Program-made: the position numbers and the translations under genes | Notes under the pieces: model-generated | Database searches by the model: none | Told to the model about the DNA's origin: nothing | What the model saw: the letters and a program-made list of their open reading frames with translations, nothing else | Source of the DNA: Bacteroidota bacterium | GTDB taxonomy: Bacteria; Bacteroidota; Ignavibacteria; UBA10030; UBA8401 | Length of the DNA: 48,754 nt | Assembly (NCBI GenBank): GCA_019455105.1 | Contig: JACFMZ010000005.1 | Coordinates: 14,226-62,979 of the forward strand | Direction: 5' to 3' | Part shown: one piece after another, positions 1 to 11,278 of the stretch | Position numbering within the stretch: position 1 is the stretch's first letter | Layout of the letters: each line of letters opens with the position of its first letter

Positions 1-2
1 AT

Positions 3-521
3 GTTACGCATGACCAAACGGAAGCAATGACGATGGGGGATAGAATTGTTGTTATGAAAGACGGCATTGTGCAGCAAATTGATTCGCCTCTTAATCTTTA
101 TAACAAGCCGGCAAACAAATTTGTCGCTGGTTTTATCGGAAGCCCCGCCATGAATTTTATTGAAGGTACAATTTCAGGCAGTAATACTTTACTCTTTACA
201 ACCATGGATGCCTCTGTCTCGTTAACCATTCCTGCACAGTTTAAAACTTCACTACAGCCGCTTACCGGAAAAAAAGTGTGGCTTGGAATTCGTCCTGAAA
301 ATATTTCTATTGGAAAATCAATAGATGCAGGCGTTAACGGTTTAATAGATGTTGTTGAGCCAATGGGGAATGAAACATTTGTTTATTTTAAGTGCGGTGA
401 TACTCAATTAATTTCACGACAATCGACTCAGCAGATTCCGAACGCAGGACAAAAAATTGATTTTACCTTTGCTATAGATAAAGTACATTTTTTTGATTTT
501 ACTTCAGAATTAAGTCTCTGA
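3..521 (+). CDS. ABC sugar/glycerol-3-phosphate transporter ATP-binding subunit (MalK/UgpC family), 5'-truncated by window edge
   Basis: Frame is open from base 3: [18 protein letters not shown] (H-loop), then [16 protein letters not shown] and the C-terminal TOBE region ([15 protein letters not shown]). Confidence 0.9.
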   Translation, partial: VTHDQTEAMTMGDRIVVMKDGIVQQIDSPLNLYNKPANKFVAGFIGSPAMNFIEGTISGSNTLLFTTMDASVSLTIPAQFKTSLQPLTGKKVWLGIRPENISIGKSIDAGVNGLIDVVEPMGNETFVYFKCGDTQLISRQSTQQIPNAGQKIDFTFAIDKVHFFDFTSELSL

Positions 522-545
522 TATTATCAGTTTATTATCCATTGT

Positions 546-585
546 ATATAACAACAAAGCCCCAAACGGGGCTTTGTTGTTATAT
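546..585. terminator. Perfect 18-bp inverted repeat; probable bidirectional intrinsic terminator
   Basis: atataacaacaaagcccc-aaac-ggggctttgttgttatat between convergent malK-like and bshC genes; overlaps the bshC stop codon. Confidence 0.8.
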
Positions 586-2217
586 GGTGACTATTTGATG
601 TTGAAACTTTTCTATCATCAGTTCATTTTCAATCCACCTAATAAAATCAGGACCGTATTTATTTAGGAAATGGAGAACGGAAAGTTCTCTTTCTTGAAAA
701 TTTCCATTGGGGAAAATATGTAATGCAGCTTTACGAATCTGCTTTAACGAAATTTCTTCTTTCATTTGTTGGGCTTTTTGTGTTTTATTTTTTAAAACTT
801 CCAACTGCTGCTCAATTTTACTAATTAAATTATCTACAGTACCGCTTAAAGTCGGATCAATTTGCTGAATGCCGAAACGAGCTTCCTGAACAGCTTCCTT
901 TAAACGTAAACTCAAACCATCAAATAATGATTCAACTTTTACTTCAGAAACCTGTTCTGAAATTTTTGTCAGAATTGTTTCTAAATCTTCAAAAATATCA
1001 ATAACGGTAAGGGAATATTTCTCTAAAATCCTTTGAATCTTTTCTTCAATAATTGTAAGACTCGATCGTGGATAGATGAACGGCATTGGTATTTTAAAAT
1101 ATTCATACACAGGTTTGAATTGTGCAAAATAAGCAATCTCTGCCGGCCCGCCGACATAGGCAACAGTTGGAAGGATTGTATCTTGACATAACGGACGAAG
1201 AACAACATTCGGTGAAAATTTTTCCGGCGTGGATTGTATTGCTTCATGTAATTCTTCACTGGAAAATCTTTGGCGTGTATTCTTCAAATAATAATCGTTC
1301 TCAGAAGGCTCGATTGAAAATCGTCCCTCTTTATGAAACATAAAGAGATTTACAGATTTTCCTTTTACCTGCGCATGGTAGCGTTCTTCTAACTCAGCGC
1401 TTTTTTGTATAACCAACTTTGAAACGGCAGAATCAGAATCGAGTTCTTGCAAGAATAAAGGAATAAGCAATTGTTTTGTTTCAACATTGTTCGGATTAAA
1501 AAATATTAAACCGGAATTTTCATAAAAATGATTAAAAAATCCGGTGAATGCTTTTAAAAGTGTATTTCCCGGTTTGTAATAACCCTTCACTATTTCTAAC
1601 AGTGGTTGTGTATATTCAGTGTGAGGCAGCTGAGAAGATAGTTCGGTGTAAAATTTTTCAATTGTCTCATCGATAATAACATTACCCGCAGCACCGATAT
1701 TCTTTTCTAACGGTATCCCCTTGTACAAATATTCTGCCATTACTAATTCGGATGCACTGTTGATAAAATGAATTTTATTTATTTCTTCAAAGTCGTGATC
1801 TTCGCCTTCCAGCCAAAATATAGGAACAAAATTGAACTCTGGATATTCCTGTGTAAGATGTTCGGCAAGTTTAACGGCAGTAATGGCTTTGTAAAGCGTA
1901 TAAAGCGGTCCGGTAAGTATTCCTAACTGCTGACCGGTAACAACGGCAAATGTATTTTCATTCTGTATTAAATCAATATTTGCTAATGTTTTTATCCCTG
2001 AATGATATTCTCTGTTTTGTTCGTTTAGTACGCGAAGCAGGAGACTTCGGTTATAGGTTGTATTTTGCAGTACAGCTAATTTTTCTGTCCAATCTGATTT
2101 TTTCTTATAATTTCCGTTATAAAACTTAGCTACATTATCAAAAATGTTTGTATAATCAGAGTATAAATTTGTGACTATTTCCTTGTTTTTTAGATGCTGA
2201 TAACTAATCCATTCCAT
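580..2217 (-). CDS. bshC: Bacillithiol biosynthesis cysteine-adding enzyme BshC
   Basis: 545 aa; VVTGQQLGILTGPLYTLYKAIT, PIFWLEGEDHDFEEI, FSPNVVLRP, YVGGPAEIAYFAQ, FPNGNFQER motifs. Confidence 0.93.
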   Translation of the reverse strand: MEWISYQHLKNKEIVTNLYSDYTNIFDNVAKFYNGNYKKKSDWTEKLAVLQNTTYNRSLLLRVLNEQNREYHSGIKTLANIDLIQNENTFAVVTGQQLGILTGPLYTLYKAITAVKLAEHLTQEYPEFNFVPIFWLEGEDHDFEEINKIHFINSASELVMAEYLYKGIPLEKNIGAAGNVIIDETIEKFYTELSSQLPHTEYTQPLLEIVKGYYKPGNTLLKAFTGFFNHFYENSGLIFFNPNNVETKQLLIPLFLQELDSDSAVSKLVIQKSAELEERYHAQVKGKSVNLFMFHKEGRFSIEPSENDYYLKNTRQRFSSEELHEAIQSTPEKFSPNVVLRPLCQDTILPTVAYVGGPAEIAYFAQFKPVYEYFKIPMPFIYPRSSLTIIEEKIQRILEKYSLTVIDIFEDLETILTKISEQVSEVKVESLFDGLSLRLKEAVQEARFGIQQIDPTLSGTVDNLISKIEQQLEVLKNKTQKAQQMKEEISLKQIRKAALHIFPNGNFQERELSVLHFLNKYGPDFIRWIENELMIEKFQHQIVTI

Positions 2218-2247
2218 TTTTCACCATTTTAAAATTAAACTTTAATT

Positions 2248-2276
2248 AATATACGAGCTAAAAATAGCATAATCAA
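2248..2276 (-). promoter_or_regulatory. Candidate sigma70 promoter for bshC
   Basis: Minus strand TTGATT-N17-TATATT, about 30 nt upstream of the ATG. Confidence 0.55.
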
Positions 2277-2294
2277 TTCAACCTTTACTTGCAA

Positions 2295-2323
2295 TTGCTT
2301 TTCGTATATTGTTGTAATATATT
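2295..2323 (+). promoter_or_regulatory. Candidate sigma70 promoter for the SDR-yqeY-cvpA-mutS2-purL run
   Basis: TTGCTT-N17-TATATT, 13 nt before the ATG at 2337. Confidence 0.55.
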
Positions 2324-2336
2324 AAGCTATAGAATT

Positions 2337-3041
2337 ATGCAGAAAGAAAGAAAAATTGTAATTATTTCCGGTGTTAGCGGAAATCTTGGAAAATCTGTTG
2401 CATTAAAATTCCTTGAAAAAGATAATTTTGTTATTGGTTTTCATTCCAAAAGAACAGATTCTCAAGTTTTATATCAAGATTTTGCTCATCACGTAGAAAA
2501 AATTGCTTTCTTTTCATGTGATATAACAAATGAGCAGGAAATCAGTTCCATTGTTCGCACAATAATCGAACAATATGAAAAGATTGATATTCTCTGCAAT
2601 CTTGCCGGATTGTATATTCCAAAAATGAAAATTGAAAATGTTAAGATGGAAGATTGGGAAAATTCATTTTCCGTTAACCTAACTTCAATTTTTATTACTA
2701 CCAAAAATGTTCTTCCCTTTATGAAGTCTGCAAAATACGGAAGAATAATAAATATTTCGGCAATGCCGGGAGTAAAGGTAGAAGAAGAGCGGGGCGCATA
2801 CGGCATCGCAAAATCCGGAGTAAAATATTTTACCGAGATGGTTGCAAAAGAATTAAAATCAGAAACAAACAGCGATATCACCATAAATGCCATTGCACCA
2901 GGAATTATTTCGGAAAATACATCCGACAGCTCAACCGGAAACGTAAGCAAAGCAGATATTGCCGAAATGATTTTGTACCTTTGCTCTGAAAATGCAAAAA
3001 CAATTAACGGATCAACAATAAATATGTTTGGGAATTTATAG
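2337..3041 (+). CDS. SDR family NAD(P)-dependent oxidoreductase
   Basis: ISGVSGNLG Rossmann motif, NLAG, catalytic YGIAK (YxxxK). Start moved to ATG 2337 because the upstream TTG extension overlaps the promoter. Confidence 0.85.
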   Translation: MQKERKIVIISGVSGNLGKSVALKFLEKDNFVIGFHSKRTDSQVLYQDFAHHVEKIAFFSCDITNEQEISSIVRTIIEQYEKIDILCNLAGLYIPKMKIENVKMEDWENSFSVNLTSIFITTKNVLPFMKSAKYGRIINISAMPGVKVEEERGAYGIAKSGVKYFTEMVAKELKSETNSDITINAIAPGIISENTSDSSTGNVSKADIAEMILYLCSENAKTINGSTINMFGNL

Positions 3042-3042
3042 T

Positions 3043-3480
3043 ATGACTTTTTCAGAAAAAATAACCGAGGATTTAAAATCCGCAATGAAAAGCGGCGATA
3101 AAAAACGATTAGAAACCATCCGCATGTTACGAGCGCAGATTTTAGAATTTGAAAAAAAAGGATTGAACCGCGCAATGACCGATGAAGATGCATTACAGAT
3201 TTTAACAACAGCAGTAAAGAAAAGAAAAGAATCAATAGAGATTTACGAAAAAGCAGGAAGAATAGACCTTGCCGAAGGCGAAAAACAGGAAGTTGAAATT
3301 ATTTCCGAATATTTACCGAAGCAAATGACACGAGAAGAAGCAGAGGCGATAATAACAAAAATTATCGGCGAAAGCGTTGCAAAAGAAATGTCTAAAATAA
3401 TGCCGCTGGCAATGAAAGAGTTAAAAGGAAAAATTGACGGCAAAATTATTAATGAAATCGTAAAACAGAAATTATCGTAA
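3043..3480 (+). CDS. GatB/YqeY domain protein
   Basis: DLKSAMKSGDK, KKRKESIEIY..AGR.DLA..EK.E..II..YLPKQM, GKIDGK; ATG 1 nt after the SDR stop. Confidence 0.9.
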   Translation: MTFSEKITEDLKSAMKSGDKKRLETIRMLRAQILEFEKKGLNRAMTDEDALQILTTAVKKRKESIEIYEKAGRIDLAEGEKQEVEIISEYLPKQMTREEAEAIITKIIGESVAKEMSKIMPLAMKELKGKIDGKIINEIVKQKLS

Positions 3481-3481
3481 T

Positions 3482-4027
3482 ATGGCAACTATAGATATTG
3501 TTATCGGAATTATTATAGTTAATTTCATGAATACCGGATTGCGCTCGGGATTTTAAAAGAAAATTATTGGTCTAGTGTGCTTTGCCGTTGATTTAGTTTT
3601 TGCCACAAAATTTTCTGCGGATGTAAGTGAAATGCTCTTTACACCGATTGGAGTAGAAGGAAAATTGGGATTTATTATTTCTTTTCTTGTGATTGTGCTT
3701 GCCATAATTCTTACTCAAGGAATTATCTATCGTTTACTTATAAAAGACGCAGTAGATAATCTTTGGAATCGTATCGGCGGAATGCTGCTGGCGCTTGTTG
3801 AGGGTGCTCTTTTTATCAGTGTCGGATTAATTCTCTTATCAATCTACCTGAAATTGCCTTCGGACGAGGCAAAGAAAGACTCGGTGCTGTATAAACCGAT
3901 TAAAAATTTTGCTCCAATGGTATATGATTCTATCAATACGTTAATGCCTGAATCGGAAGATTTTTATAATGTTATTTACAATCAGGTTGCCGAGCAGATT
4001 AAAAAGGCAGGAGAGAAATTGAAGTAA
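3482..4027 (+). pseudogene. CvpA (colicin V production) family membrane protein with in-frame TAA at codon 25
   Basis: ATG 3482 gives MATIDIVIGIIIVNFMNTGLRSGF*KKIIGLVCF..., in frame with ORF 3575-4027 (LWNRIGGMLLALVEGAL, DSVLY). TAA at 3554-3556; 181 aa if restored. Could be a sequencing error. Confidence 0.75.
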
Positions 4028-4029
4028 GT

Positions 4030-6399
4030 ATGGATGGATTTTACCGCGCAGCAGAAAAATTAGACCTTCCGAAAATCTTACATCGAATTAGTTACTACGC
4101 CTCCTCTGAATTAGGAAAAGAAGCCGCTGAAAATCTGGAGCCGTGCTCCACACTTCAAGAGATTTCGGTTGAAATGAAACGCATCGACGAAATGAAACGG
4201 CTTCTTGAAGGTGAAAATAATATTCCAATTCAAGGAATAAAAGATATTCGCTCTTCATTACAAAGAGCCGGTATTGCAGAAAGTACTTTATCGGCTGCGG
4301 AATTATTATCTATAGCACAAACTATTAACACCAGCCAGAAAATAAAAAAATATATTGAAAGGCGAAGCGATTATCTTCCAGAATTGTTTTCGCTAACATC
4401 AGTAATTTCAATACATAAAGAACTAGAATTTAATGTATTTCAAGCTATAGATGAAGAAGGAAGAGTAAAAGATTCAGCCAGTAAAGAATTGAAATCAATT
4501 CGTTCGGCGATAATTAATAAAAAACTTCAAATCCAAAGATCACTTGAAAGAATTCTGCGTGCCGTTTCGGATCAGGGAATGGTGAGGGATGAAATTCTCA
4601 CGACGCGCGATGGACGAATGGTAATTCCTATAAAATCAGAATTAAAAAATAAATTTCCAGGATTTATCCACAGCGCTTCTGCAACTGGACAGACAGTTTA
4701 TATTGAACCTTCCGAAACTTTAACCTTAAACAATGAAGTGACAGAACTTCATTACAAAGAACAACGAGAAGTTGAACGTATCCTTAAAGAACTTACCTTG
4801 CAGGTTTATAATGTTGTTAATCAACTACAATTTGTAGTCGATATTTTAACAAAGTTAGATTTATCTTATGCCAAGGCAAAATATTCTATTGAAATACAAG
4901 GGAATACGCCGTTCATCAAAGAAGAAGGTTCGCTGGTTATTCAAAATGGGTATCATCCCATTCTGCTTATGCGCCATAAACGAAATATGGTGGTTCCATT
5001 ATCAATTCGAATTGGTGAATCGTTTAATACAATTCTTATTTCCGGACCTAACGCAGGGGGAAAATCGGTAACATTAAAAACTGTAGGTTTGCTTTCTTTA
5101 TTGGTTCGGTATGGTATTCATGTTCCTGCTTCACCTGATTCTGAATTTCCATTATTCCCGAAAATATTTGTTCTTATTGGCGATAACCAATCGATTGAAA
5201 ATGATTTGAGTACCTTTAGTTCTCAAATTCTTCAGTTAAAAGAAATTCTTGAGGAGGCTGCGCAAAACTGTCTCGTTTTAATTGATGAAATTGGCTCGAA
5301 CACTGATCCGGCAGAAGGTGGTGCCATGGCAGCTTCTGCATTGGAATATTTGTCTAAAATTAATGCAATAACATTAGCAACTACACATCAAACGGCATTA
5401 AAAGCATTCGTTCATAATTCTGTATTGATGGAGAATGGTGCTATGGAATTTAATCAAAACACTCTGCTCCCGACGTATCGATTTAAGGTCGGTCAGCCGG
5501 GAAGTAGTTACGCATTTGAAATTGCATCACGTTTAGGAATTAAAAGAGAGATACTTCTACGAGCAAAAGATTTTCTCGGAACACAACAGAATAAACTTGA
5601 AAAACTTTTATTCGAATTGGAAAATAGAACTCAACTGCTCGAGAATAAAATTAAGGAATCGGATGCTGAACTATTGAAAAATAAAGAATTATCTAGTATC
5701 TATGAACAAAAAAATAAACTGCTAAATAACGAGATAAAAGAATTAAAAAGAAGGGCAGTCGAAGAAGCAAAAGAGTTAATAGAAAAAGCATCTTCTCAAA
5801 TAGAATTAACCGTAAAAGAAATAAAATTGCAGCAGGCAAATAAGGAAGTTATTAAAACGTCTAAAAATAAAATTACTCAAATTGAAAATGAGTTAAAGTC
5901 TCTTGAACAGTCTCTCGCGGATGATAAAACAGTATTAATAAAAAATTTAAAGAAAAAGATAAAAATTAATGATATTATAAAGCTAAAAGCTTCAGGACAA
6001 ACCGGAGTTGTCTTGAGTCTTCCTGATAAGGAAGGGAATCTCAGCATCGGTTTTAATTCTATAAAGGCTAAAATTTCTCTTGAAAATATAGAATTATTAG
6101 AGAAGAAAAATTCTAATAAAACAGCCGTATCTTCTTTTGTTCCAACCGATAAAGAGTTTTCTTCTGAAGTAGATGTTCGTGGCTTTTATGGTGATGATGC
6201 CATTACAATCGTTGATAAATTTCTTGATGATGCACTGATAAGCGGGCTGCAACGAGTTGATATTATCCATGGAAAAGGGACAGGTGCACTGAGAAAAAAG
6301 ATTTCTTTATTCTTAGAATCTGACAAAAGAGTTAAATTGTTCCGGCTCGGCGAATGGAATGAAGGCGGAGCAGGAGTAACGGTAGTAGAACTTTCATAA
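4030..6399 (+). CDS. mutS2: Endonuclease MutS2
   Basis: 789 aa; [12 protein letters not shown]-loop [21 protein letters not shown]-terminal Smr domain ([22 protein letters not shown]). Confidence 0.95.
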   Translation: MDGFYRAAEKLDLPKILHRISYYASSELGKEAAENLEPCSTLQEISVEMKRIDEMKRLLEGENNIPIQGIKDIRSSLQRAGIAESTLSAAELLSIAQTINTSQKIKKYIERRSDYLPELFSLTSVISIHKELEFNVFQAIDEEGRVKDSASKELKSIRSAIINKKLQIQRSLERILRAVSDQGMVRDEILTTRDGRMVIPIKSELKNKFPGFIHSASATGQTVYIEPSETLTLNNEVTELHYKEQREVERILKELTLQVYNVVNQLQFVVDILTKLDLSYAKAKYSIEIQGNTPFIKEEGSLVIQNGYHPILLMRHKRNMVVPLSIRIGESFNTILISGPNAGGKSVTLKTVGLLSLLVRYGIHVPASPDSEFPLFPKIFVLIGDNQSIENDLSTFSSQILQLKEILEEAAQNCLVLIDEIGSNTDPAEGGAMAASALEYLSKINAITLATTHQTALKAFVHNSVLMENGAMEFNQNTLLPTYRFKVGQPGSSYAFEIASRLGIKREILLRAKDFLGTQQNKLEKLLFELENRTQLLENKIKESDAELLKNKELSSIYEQKNKLLNNEIKELKRRAVEEAKELIEKASSQIELTVKEIKLQQANKEVIKTSKNKITQIENELKSLEQSLADDKTVLIKNLKKKIKINDIIKLKASGQTGVVLSLPDKEGNLSIGFNSIKAKISLENIELLEKKNSNKTAVSSFVPTDKEFSSEVDVRGFYGDDAITIVDKFLDDALISGLQRVDIIHGKGTGALRKKISLFLESDKRVKLFRLGEWNEGGAGVTVVELS

Positions 6400-6412
6400 G
6401 AAAAATTTAATA

Positions 6413-8647
6413 ATGAACAGCAAAACAGAACCGACAGTCAATCTTGAGCTTGCATTACACCACGGATTGACCAAAGAAGAATACGAAAAAATACTTTCAA
6501 TTCTCAAACGCACGCCTACATTTACCGAACTGGGTATTTACAGTGTTATGTGGAGTGAGCACTGCAGCTATAAAAATTCAATAGCTTTATTGAAAACATT
6601 GCCGCGATCTGGCAAACGGTTGCTTGTCGGCGCCGGCGAAGAAAATGCCGGTTTGGTTGATATTGGAGATGGACTTGCAGTCGCCTTTAAAATTGAAAGT
6701 CATAATCATCCTTCCGCTGTTGAACCATATCAAGGTGCGGCAACCGGCGTCGGCGGTATAATGCGGGATATTTTTACAATGGGAGCACGTCCAATAGCTG
6801 CATTAAACTCGCTTCGTTTTGGAAATTTAGATAACAATCAAACCAAGCATTTACTAAAGGGAGTTGTAAAAGGAATCGGTGATTACGGAAACAGTTTCGG
6901 AGTGCCGACGGTTGCCGGCGAAGTCTATTTTGAAGATTGCTATCAAACCAATCCACTGGTTAATGCAATGGCAATTGGTATTGTAGAACATCGCCATGTT
7001 GCCTCGGCAATTGCAAAAGGGGATGGAAATATTGTAATGATTGTTGGAGCCGCTACCGGGAAAGATGGAATTCACGGTGCCACGTTTGCCTCCGAAGAAA
7101 TTTCTGAAGCCTCTGAAGCCAAGCGGCCATCGGTGCAGGTCGGCGATCCGTTTACTGAAAAACTTTTACTCGAAGCAACGTTAGAAACAATACGTGCTGG
7201 ATTAATTGTCGGCATTCAAGATATGGGAGCCGCAGGAATCACTTGTTCCAGTACAGAAATGAGTGCAAAGGGAAATTCAGGAATGATGCTCAACCTTGAC
7301 CATGTTCCAGTACGCGAAGAGAATATGTCTGCTTATGAAATTATGCTGTCCGAATCGCAGGAACGAATGCTGATTGTTGCCGAACCGAAGAACGAGAATG
7401 CAATTAAAGAAATATTTAAAAAATGGGATTTAAATTGTGTAACAATCGGCAATGTAACCAATGATGATCGAGTAAAAGTATTTTACAACGGTGAATTGAA
7501 AGCTGATGTTCCGGCAGAAACTTGTGTCCTTGGAGGCGGTGCACCGGTCTATTACCGTGAAACAAAAAAACCGGCATATTTAGAACAGACACAGAAATAT
7601 GACCTTTCAAAAATTCCTGAACCGGAAAATCTAACGGCGGTAATTTATAAGCTGCTTCAGTCTTCAAATATTGCTAGCAAGCGCTGGGTGTACGAACAAT
7701 ATGATTCTATGGTTCGTACAAATACAGTGTTATCGCCGGGTTCTGATGCCGCGGTTGTAAGAATAAAAAAATCAGAAAAACTTCTCGCCTCAAAAACTGA
7801 TTGTAATGGAAGATATGTTTATCTAAATCCTAAGAAAGGAACAATGATTGCTGTGGCAGAATCTGCCCGCAATGTTGTGTGTACCGGCGGAAAGCCGATT
7901 GCGATTACCAATTGCCTAAACTTCGGTAATCCCTATAAACCGGAAATTTACTGGCAGTTCAAAGAAGCAATTGAAGGAATGAAAGAAGCCTGCCTTGCAT
8001 TCGATACTCCTGTAACCGGCGGCAATGTTAGTTTTTATAACGAAAGTCCGAATTTTGCCGTTTATCCCACTCCAACAATCGGCATGTTGGGAATTATTGA
8101 AGATAAAAAATTTGTTACCTCTGCGGATTTTAAGCAGCATGGAGACCAAATTCTTTTACTGGGTGAGAATCGCGGAGATATTTCCGGAAGCGAATTTCTT
8201 TCTGTAGAACACGGCATCGTTGCCGGCGATGCTCCATATTTTAATCTTAACCGTGAAGTGATATTACAACAGTGTACGCTCGAGTTAATTCAAAAAGGGT
8301 TAGTGTGTTCTGCTCACGATGTTTCGGACGGTGGTATTGTTGTTTCGTTAATTGAATGTTCTTTACTCAGCAAAAAGAAATTTGGTTTTAATGTTACATT
8401 CAATACAACAGATATTCCGCTATATAAGGTTTTGTTTGGAGAAGAGCAGTCTCGTATTGTTATAAGCGCAAAAGAAGAAAATGTGCAAAATATTTTTTCT
8501 CTATGTGCACAATACCAACTTCCTGTTTCGGCTATCGGATTTGTTACAAATGATGGAACAATGAAAATAAATAATCATATTGAAATTTCAATGGAAAAAG
8601 CTTCAGTGCTTTATTTCCATTCGCTTGAGCGGAAAATTTCATCATAA
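6413..8647 (+). CDS. purL: Phosphoribosylformylglycinamidine synthase subunit PurL (small type)
   Basis: [46 protein letters not shown]; 744 aa. Confidence 0.97.
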   Translation: MNSKTEPTVNLELALHHGLTKEEYEKILSILKRTPTFTELGIYSVMWSEHCSYKNSIALLKTLPRSGKRLLVGAGEENAGLVDIGDGLAVAFKIESHNHPSAVEPYQGAATGVGGIMRDIFTMGARPIAALNSLRFGNLDNNQTKHLLKGVVKGIGDYGNSFGVPTVAGEVYFEDCYQTNPLVNAMAIGIVEHRHVASAIAKGDGNIVMIVGAATGKDGIHGATFASEEISEASEAKRPSVQVGDPFTEKLLLEATLETIRAGLIVGIQDMGAAGITCSSTEMSAKGNSGMMLNLDHVPVREENMSAYEIMLSESQERMLIVAEPKNENAIKEIFKKWDLNCVTIGNVTNDDRVKVFYNGELKADVPAETCVLGGGAPVYYRETKKPAYLEQTQKYDLSKIPEPENLTAVIYKLLQSSNIASKRWVYEQYDSMVRTNTVLSPGSDAAVVRIKKSEKLLASKTDCNGRYVYLNPKKGTMIAVAESARNVVCTGGKPIAITNCLNFGNPYKPEIYWQFKEAIEGMKEACLAFDTPVTGGNVSFYNESPNFAVYPTPTIGMLGIIEDKKFVTSADFKQHGDQILLLGENRGDISGSEFLSVEHGIVAGDAPYFNLNREVILQQCTLELIQKGLVCSAHDVSDGGIVVSLIECSLLSKKKFGFNVTFNTTDIPLYKVLFGEEQSRIVISAKEENVQNIFSLCAQYQLPVSAIGFVTNDGTMKINNHIEISMEKASVLYFHSLERKISS

Positions 8648-8690
8648 TATTCTGCATTTTAAGAGAGAAAATTTATTTTTTGAAATTTTT

Positions 8691-9191
8691 ATGGAAGTAA
8701 TTACTATACAATCGACAATAAAGGAAGAACAATACAAGGAACTCATTCCGCAAGTTCTTTCGTTATTAGAAACGGAATCTGATGTGGTGGCGAATATGTC
8801 TAATATTGCTGCTTCATTAAAACAAACGTTCAGTTATTATTCATGGGTAGGGTTTTATCTTCTTAAAAACAATGAGCTTGTATTAGGACCTTTTCAAGGG
8901 AAAGTTGCCTGCTCTCGAATACAAATTGGAAAAGGAGTCTGTGGCACTGCGGTTAAAAAAAAAGAAACGATCATCGTTCCTAATGTTGAACAATTTCCCG
9001 GACATATTTACTGCGACAGTAATTCAAAATCGGAAATTGTCGTACCAATAAAATATAACAACTCAATTGCCGGTGTTTTAGATGTTGACAGCGATGAATA
9101 TGACAGCTTTAACGAAATAGATAAATTCTATCTTGAAAAATTGATAACCTTAACAACTGAAAAAATTATTTCGCTAAATGAAAAAAATTAA
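8691..9191 (+). CDS. GAF-domain free methionine-R-sulfoxide reductase (MsrC/fRMsr-like)
   Basis: WVGFY, LGPFQGKVAC, GKGVCG, HIYCDSNSKSEIVVP, VLDVDS; start reassigned to ATG 8691. Confidence 0.85.
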   Translation: MEVITIQSTIKEEQYKELIPQVLSLLETESDVVANMSNIAASLKQTFSYYSWVGFYLLKNNELVLGPFQGKVACSRIQIGKGVCGTAVKKKETIIVPNVEQFPGHIYCDSNSKSEIVVPIKYNNSIAGVLDVDSDEYDSFNEIDKFYLEKLITLTTEKIISLNEKN

Positions 9192-10014
9192 AATTACCAG
9201 AGCTCCAAAAGCTTATAAAAATGCCGGTTTTCTAAGCGGAAAAGATGCCCGTGCCGTTCGAATACTTGCTGAATTTTTAGAACCGCAAAGCCGGTTCACG
9301 TATTATAACGTTAAACACACAATAGTATTTTTTGGCTCGGCGAGAATTAAACCAAGAGCCGAAGCAATAAAACATTTGCGAGAACTTGCTAAAAACGGAA
9401 AAGGGAAGAAAGCACAATCTCGAAAATACCAAAATGATCTTCTTCAGGCAGAAATAAGCGTAGAGATGTCACGGTATTATGAAGATGCTGTTGAGTTGTC
9501 TCGGTTAATTACTTTATGGTCAAACCATCGAAAAGGAAACAAGCATCTTTTTGTCACTTCGGGAGGGGGTCCTGGTATTATGGAAGCAGCAAATAAGGGA
9601 GCTGTGCTGGCGAAAGGTGAATCGTTGGGATTCAATATCAGTTTACCGTTTGAACAATATCCGAACCAGTTTATTACGCCGAAGTTTAATCTTGAATTCC
9701 ATTATTTCTTTATGCGGAAGTTTTGGTTTATGTATCTCTCAAAAGCGCTGGTGGCATTCCCTGGAGGGTTTGGAACTCTCGATGAATTTTTTGAACTGTT
9801 GACGCTGCTGCAGACACAAAAAATTGGGAAAAAAATGACGGTGATATTATACGGCGAAAATTTCTGGAAAAAGATTATTGATTTTTCTGCGTTAGTAAAA
9901 TACGGAATGATCGGTCCCAAAGATTTGGCACTGTTTAAATTCGCCAATTCTCCGAAAGAAGCATTTACTATCTTAAAAAAAGAGCTTATAAAAAACTATC
10001 CTGAATTTCGGTGA
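9178..10014 (+). CDS. LOG family nucleotide phosphoribohydrolase (TIGR00730-like)
   Basis: FFGSAR, GGGPGIMEAANKGA, FHYFFMRK, PGGFGTLDE. Confidence 0.9.
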   Translation: MKKIKITRAPKAYKNAGFLSGKDARAVRILAEFLEPQSRFTYYNVKHTIVFFGSARIKPRAEAIKHLRELAKNGKGKKAQSRKYQNDLLQAEISVEMSRYYEDAVELSRLITLWSNHRKGNKHLFVTSGGGPGIMEAANKGAVLAKGESLGFNISLPFEQYPNQFITPKFNLEFHYFFMRKFWFMYLSKALVAFPGGFGTLDEFFELLTLLQTQKIGKKMTVILYGENFWKKIIDFSALVKYGMIGPKDLALFKFANSPKEAFTILKKELIKNYPEFR

Positions 10015-10874
10015 TAACTTTAAACGGAAAAGAAATATCTGAAATTCAATCGCTTATTAAATTGATTGATGATGAAGAATCGGTGTATGCCATAGCTAAA
10101 GAAAAACTCATCAATTACGGCGAAAGCGCATTAGAATATTTATTGCAGGAAAACAGTAATATCTCTTCTCTTTTTCTTCGACGGAGAGACGAGATTCAAG
10201 AATTGATTCTTAGAAATTATTTTAAGGAAAATATCCGCCTCATTCCAAGAGAATCAAACGGCGATATTAATCTTGAAGAAATTGTTTTTCTGATTGCCAG
10301 GCAGCGTTATATAATGTTGGACTTTACAACGTATCGTAATCAAATATCACAGTTTTCTAAAGAATTAAAAGATAAAACGAGCACAGTGATAGAACCGGTT
10401 GATGTCTTTCACCGAATTATTGAATTTTTTTGTAGCGAAAAGCAATTCAATGGAAATTCAATTGATTATTATAATGAAGAAAATCATTATATTAATAAAG
10501 TATTGGACACAAAACTCGGTAGCCCGATTTCTCTCAGCGTAATTTATTTGCTGGTTTGCAGAAAAATAAATCTTCCAATTTACGGAATAGGATTACCGGG
10601 ACATTTTATTTTACGATTCAGCTTCGATATGAAGCATATTTATTTTGATCCGTTTGATAGTGGAAAAGTCTTATTCAAAGACGATTGCGCAAAAATTGTT
10701 GAAAATTTAGGATATACATATTCTGATGAATTTCTCGAACCAATTTCAAATAAACAGATTGCAGAACGAATGCTGCGCAATATTATTCTTTCATTAGAAA
10801 AAAATCGAGAAACTCAACGCATAGAAACAATACGTCAGAATATTGATTATCTGAACAATGCAACAGAACAATAA
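10011..10874 (+). CDS. Transglutaminase-like SirB1 family protein
   Basis: FNGN..DYY..EN.YINKVLDTKLGSPISLSVIY, GIGLPGHFIL, YFDPF, RMLRN; GTG start overlaps the upstream TGA. Confidence 0.8.
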   Translation: MITLNGKEISEIQSLIKLIDDEESVYAIAKEKLINYGESALEYLLQENSNISSLFLRRRDEIQELILRNYFKENIRLIPRESNGDINLEEIVFLIARQRYIMLDFTTYRNQISQFSKELKDKTSTVIEPVDVFHRIIEFFCSEKQFNGNSIDYYNEENHYINKVLDTKLGSPISLSVIYLLVCRKINLPIYGIGLPGHFILRFSFDMKHIYFDPFDSGKVLFKDDCAKIVENLGYTYSDEFLEPISNKQIAERMLRNIILSLEKNRETQRIETIRQNIDYLNNATEQ

Positions 10875-10922
10875 GATTTGTTAACGAATATAAATAGTAT
10901 CAAAAGTTGCAGCAATTAATTC

Positions 10923-11278
10923 GGGGGTGATTGGATTCGACGGGGTAGAGAATGGATAAATCAGCATACCGTGCTTGCCATAACGCACGATAATCTCGTG
11001 GCAAAAACATAAATGCAGATAACTACGGTTACGCACTTGCCGCTTAATTAAGCCGCAAGCGCCGATACAGTCTTCTCCTGATGAGATTGTAAAGGCGTCA
11101 ACTTAGTCAGGATAGTCTAATGAATTTCGTGGTGCATTAGATGAAAATTTATCCCATGGATAGCCTTGAGTGTTTCAAGTTTGGCTGAGAGCTTGAGGCG
11201 AAAATATTAGCCGAACTGAGTATGGAGAAGATTTATTGGTTTTCACTTCGGACCGGGGTTCAAATCCCCGCACCTCCA
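10923..11278 (+). ncRNA. ssrA: tmRNA
   Basis: 5' GGGGGTG pairs with 3' CACCTCC-A including G3.U; GGATTCGAC motif; T-arm cgggg-TTCAAAT-ccccg; tag ORF 11015-11047 encodes ADNYGYALAA*. Confidence 0.96.

Noticed and set aside
546-585. MITE or REP-like element
   Set aside because: Single copy in the window, no target duplication, and position between convergent genes fits a terminator.
2489-3235. 248-aa antisense ORF
   Set aside because: Lies wholly opposite the SDR and yqeY genes with no recognisable motif; a shadow ORF.
3482-3592. DGR template repeat suggested by AAT codons and extra adenines in the cvpA 5' end
   Set aside because: No reverse transcriptase and no second copy of the segment in the window.
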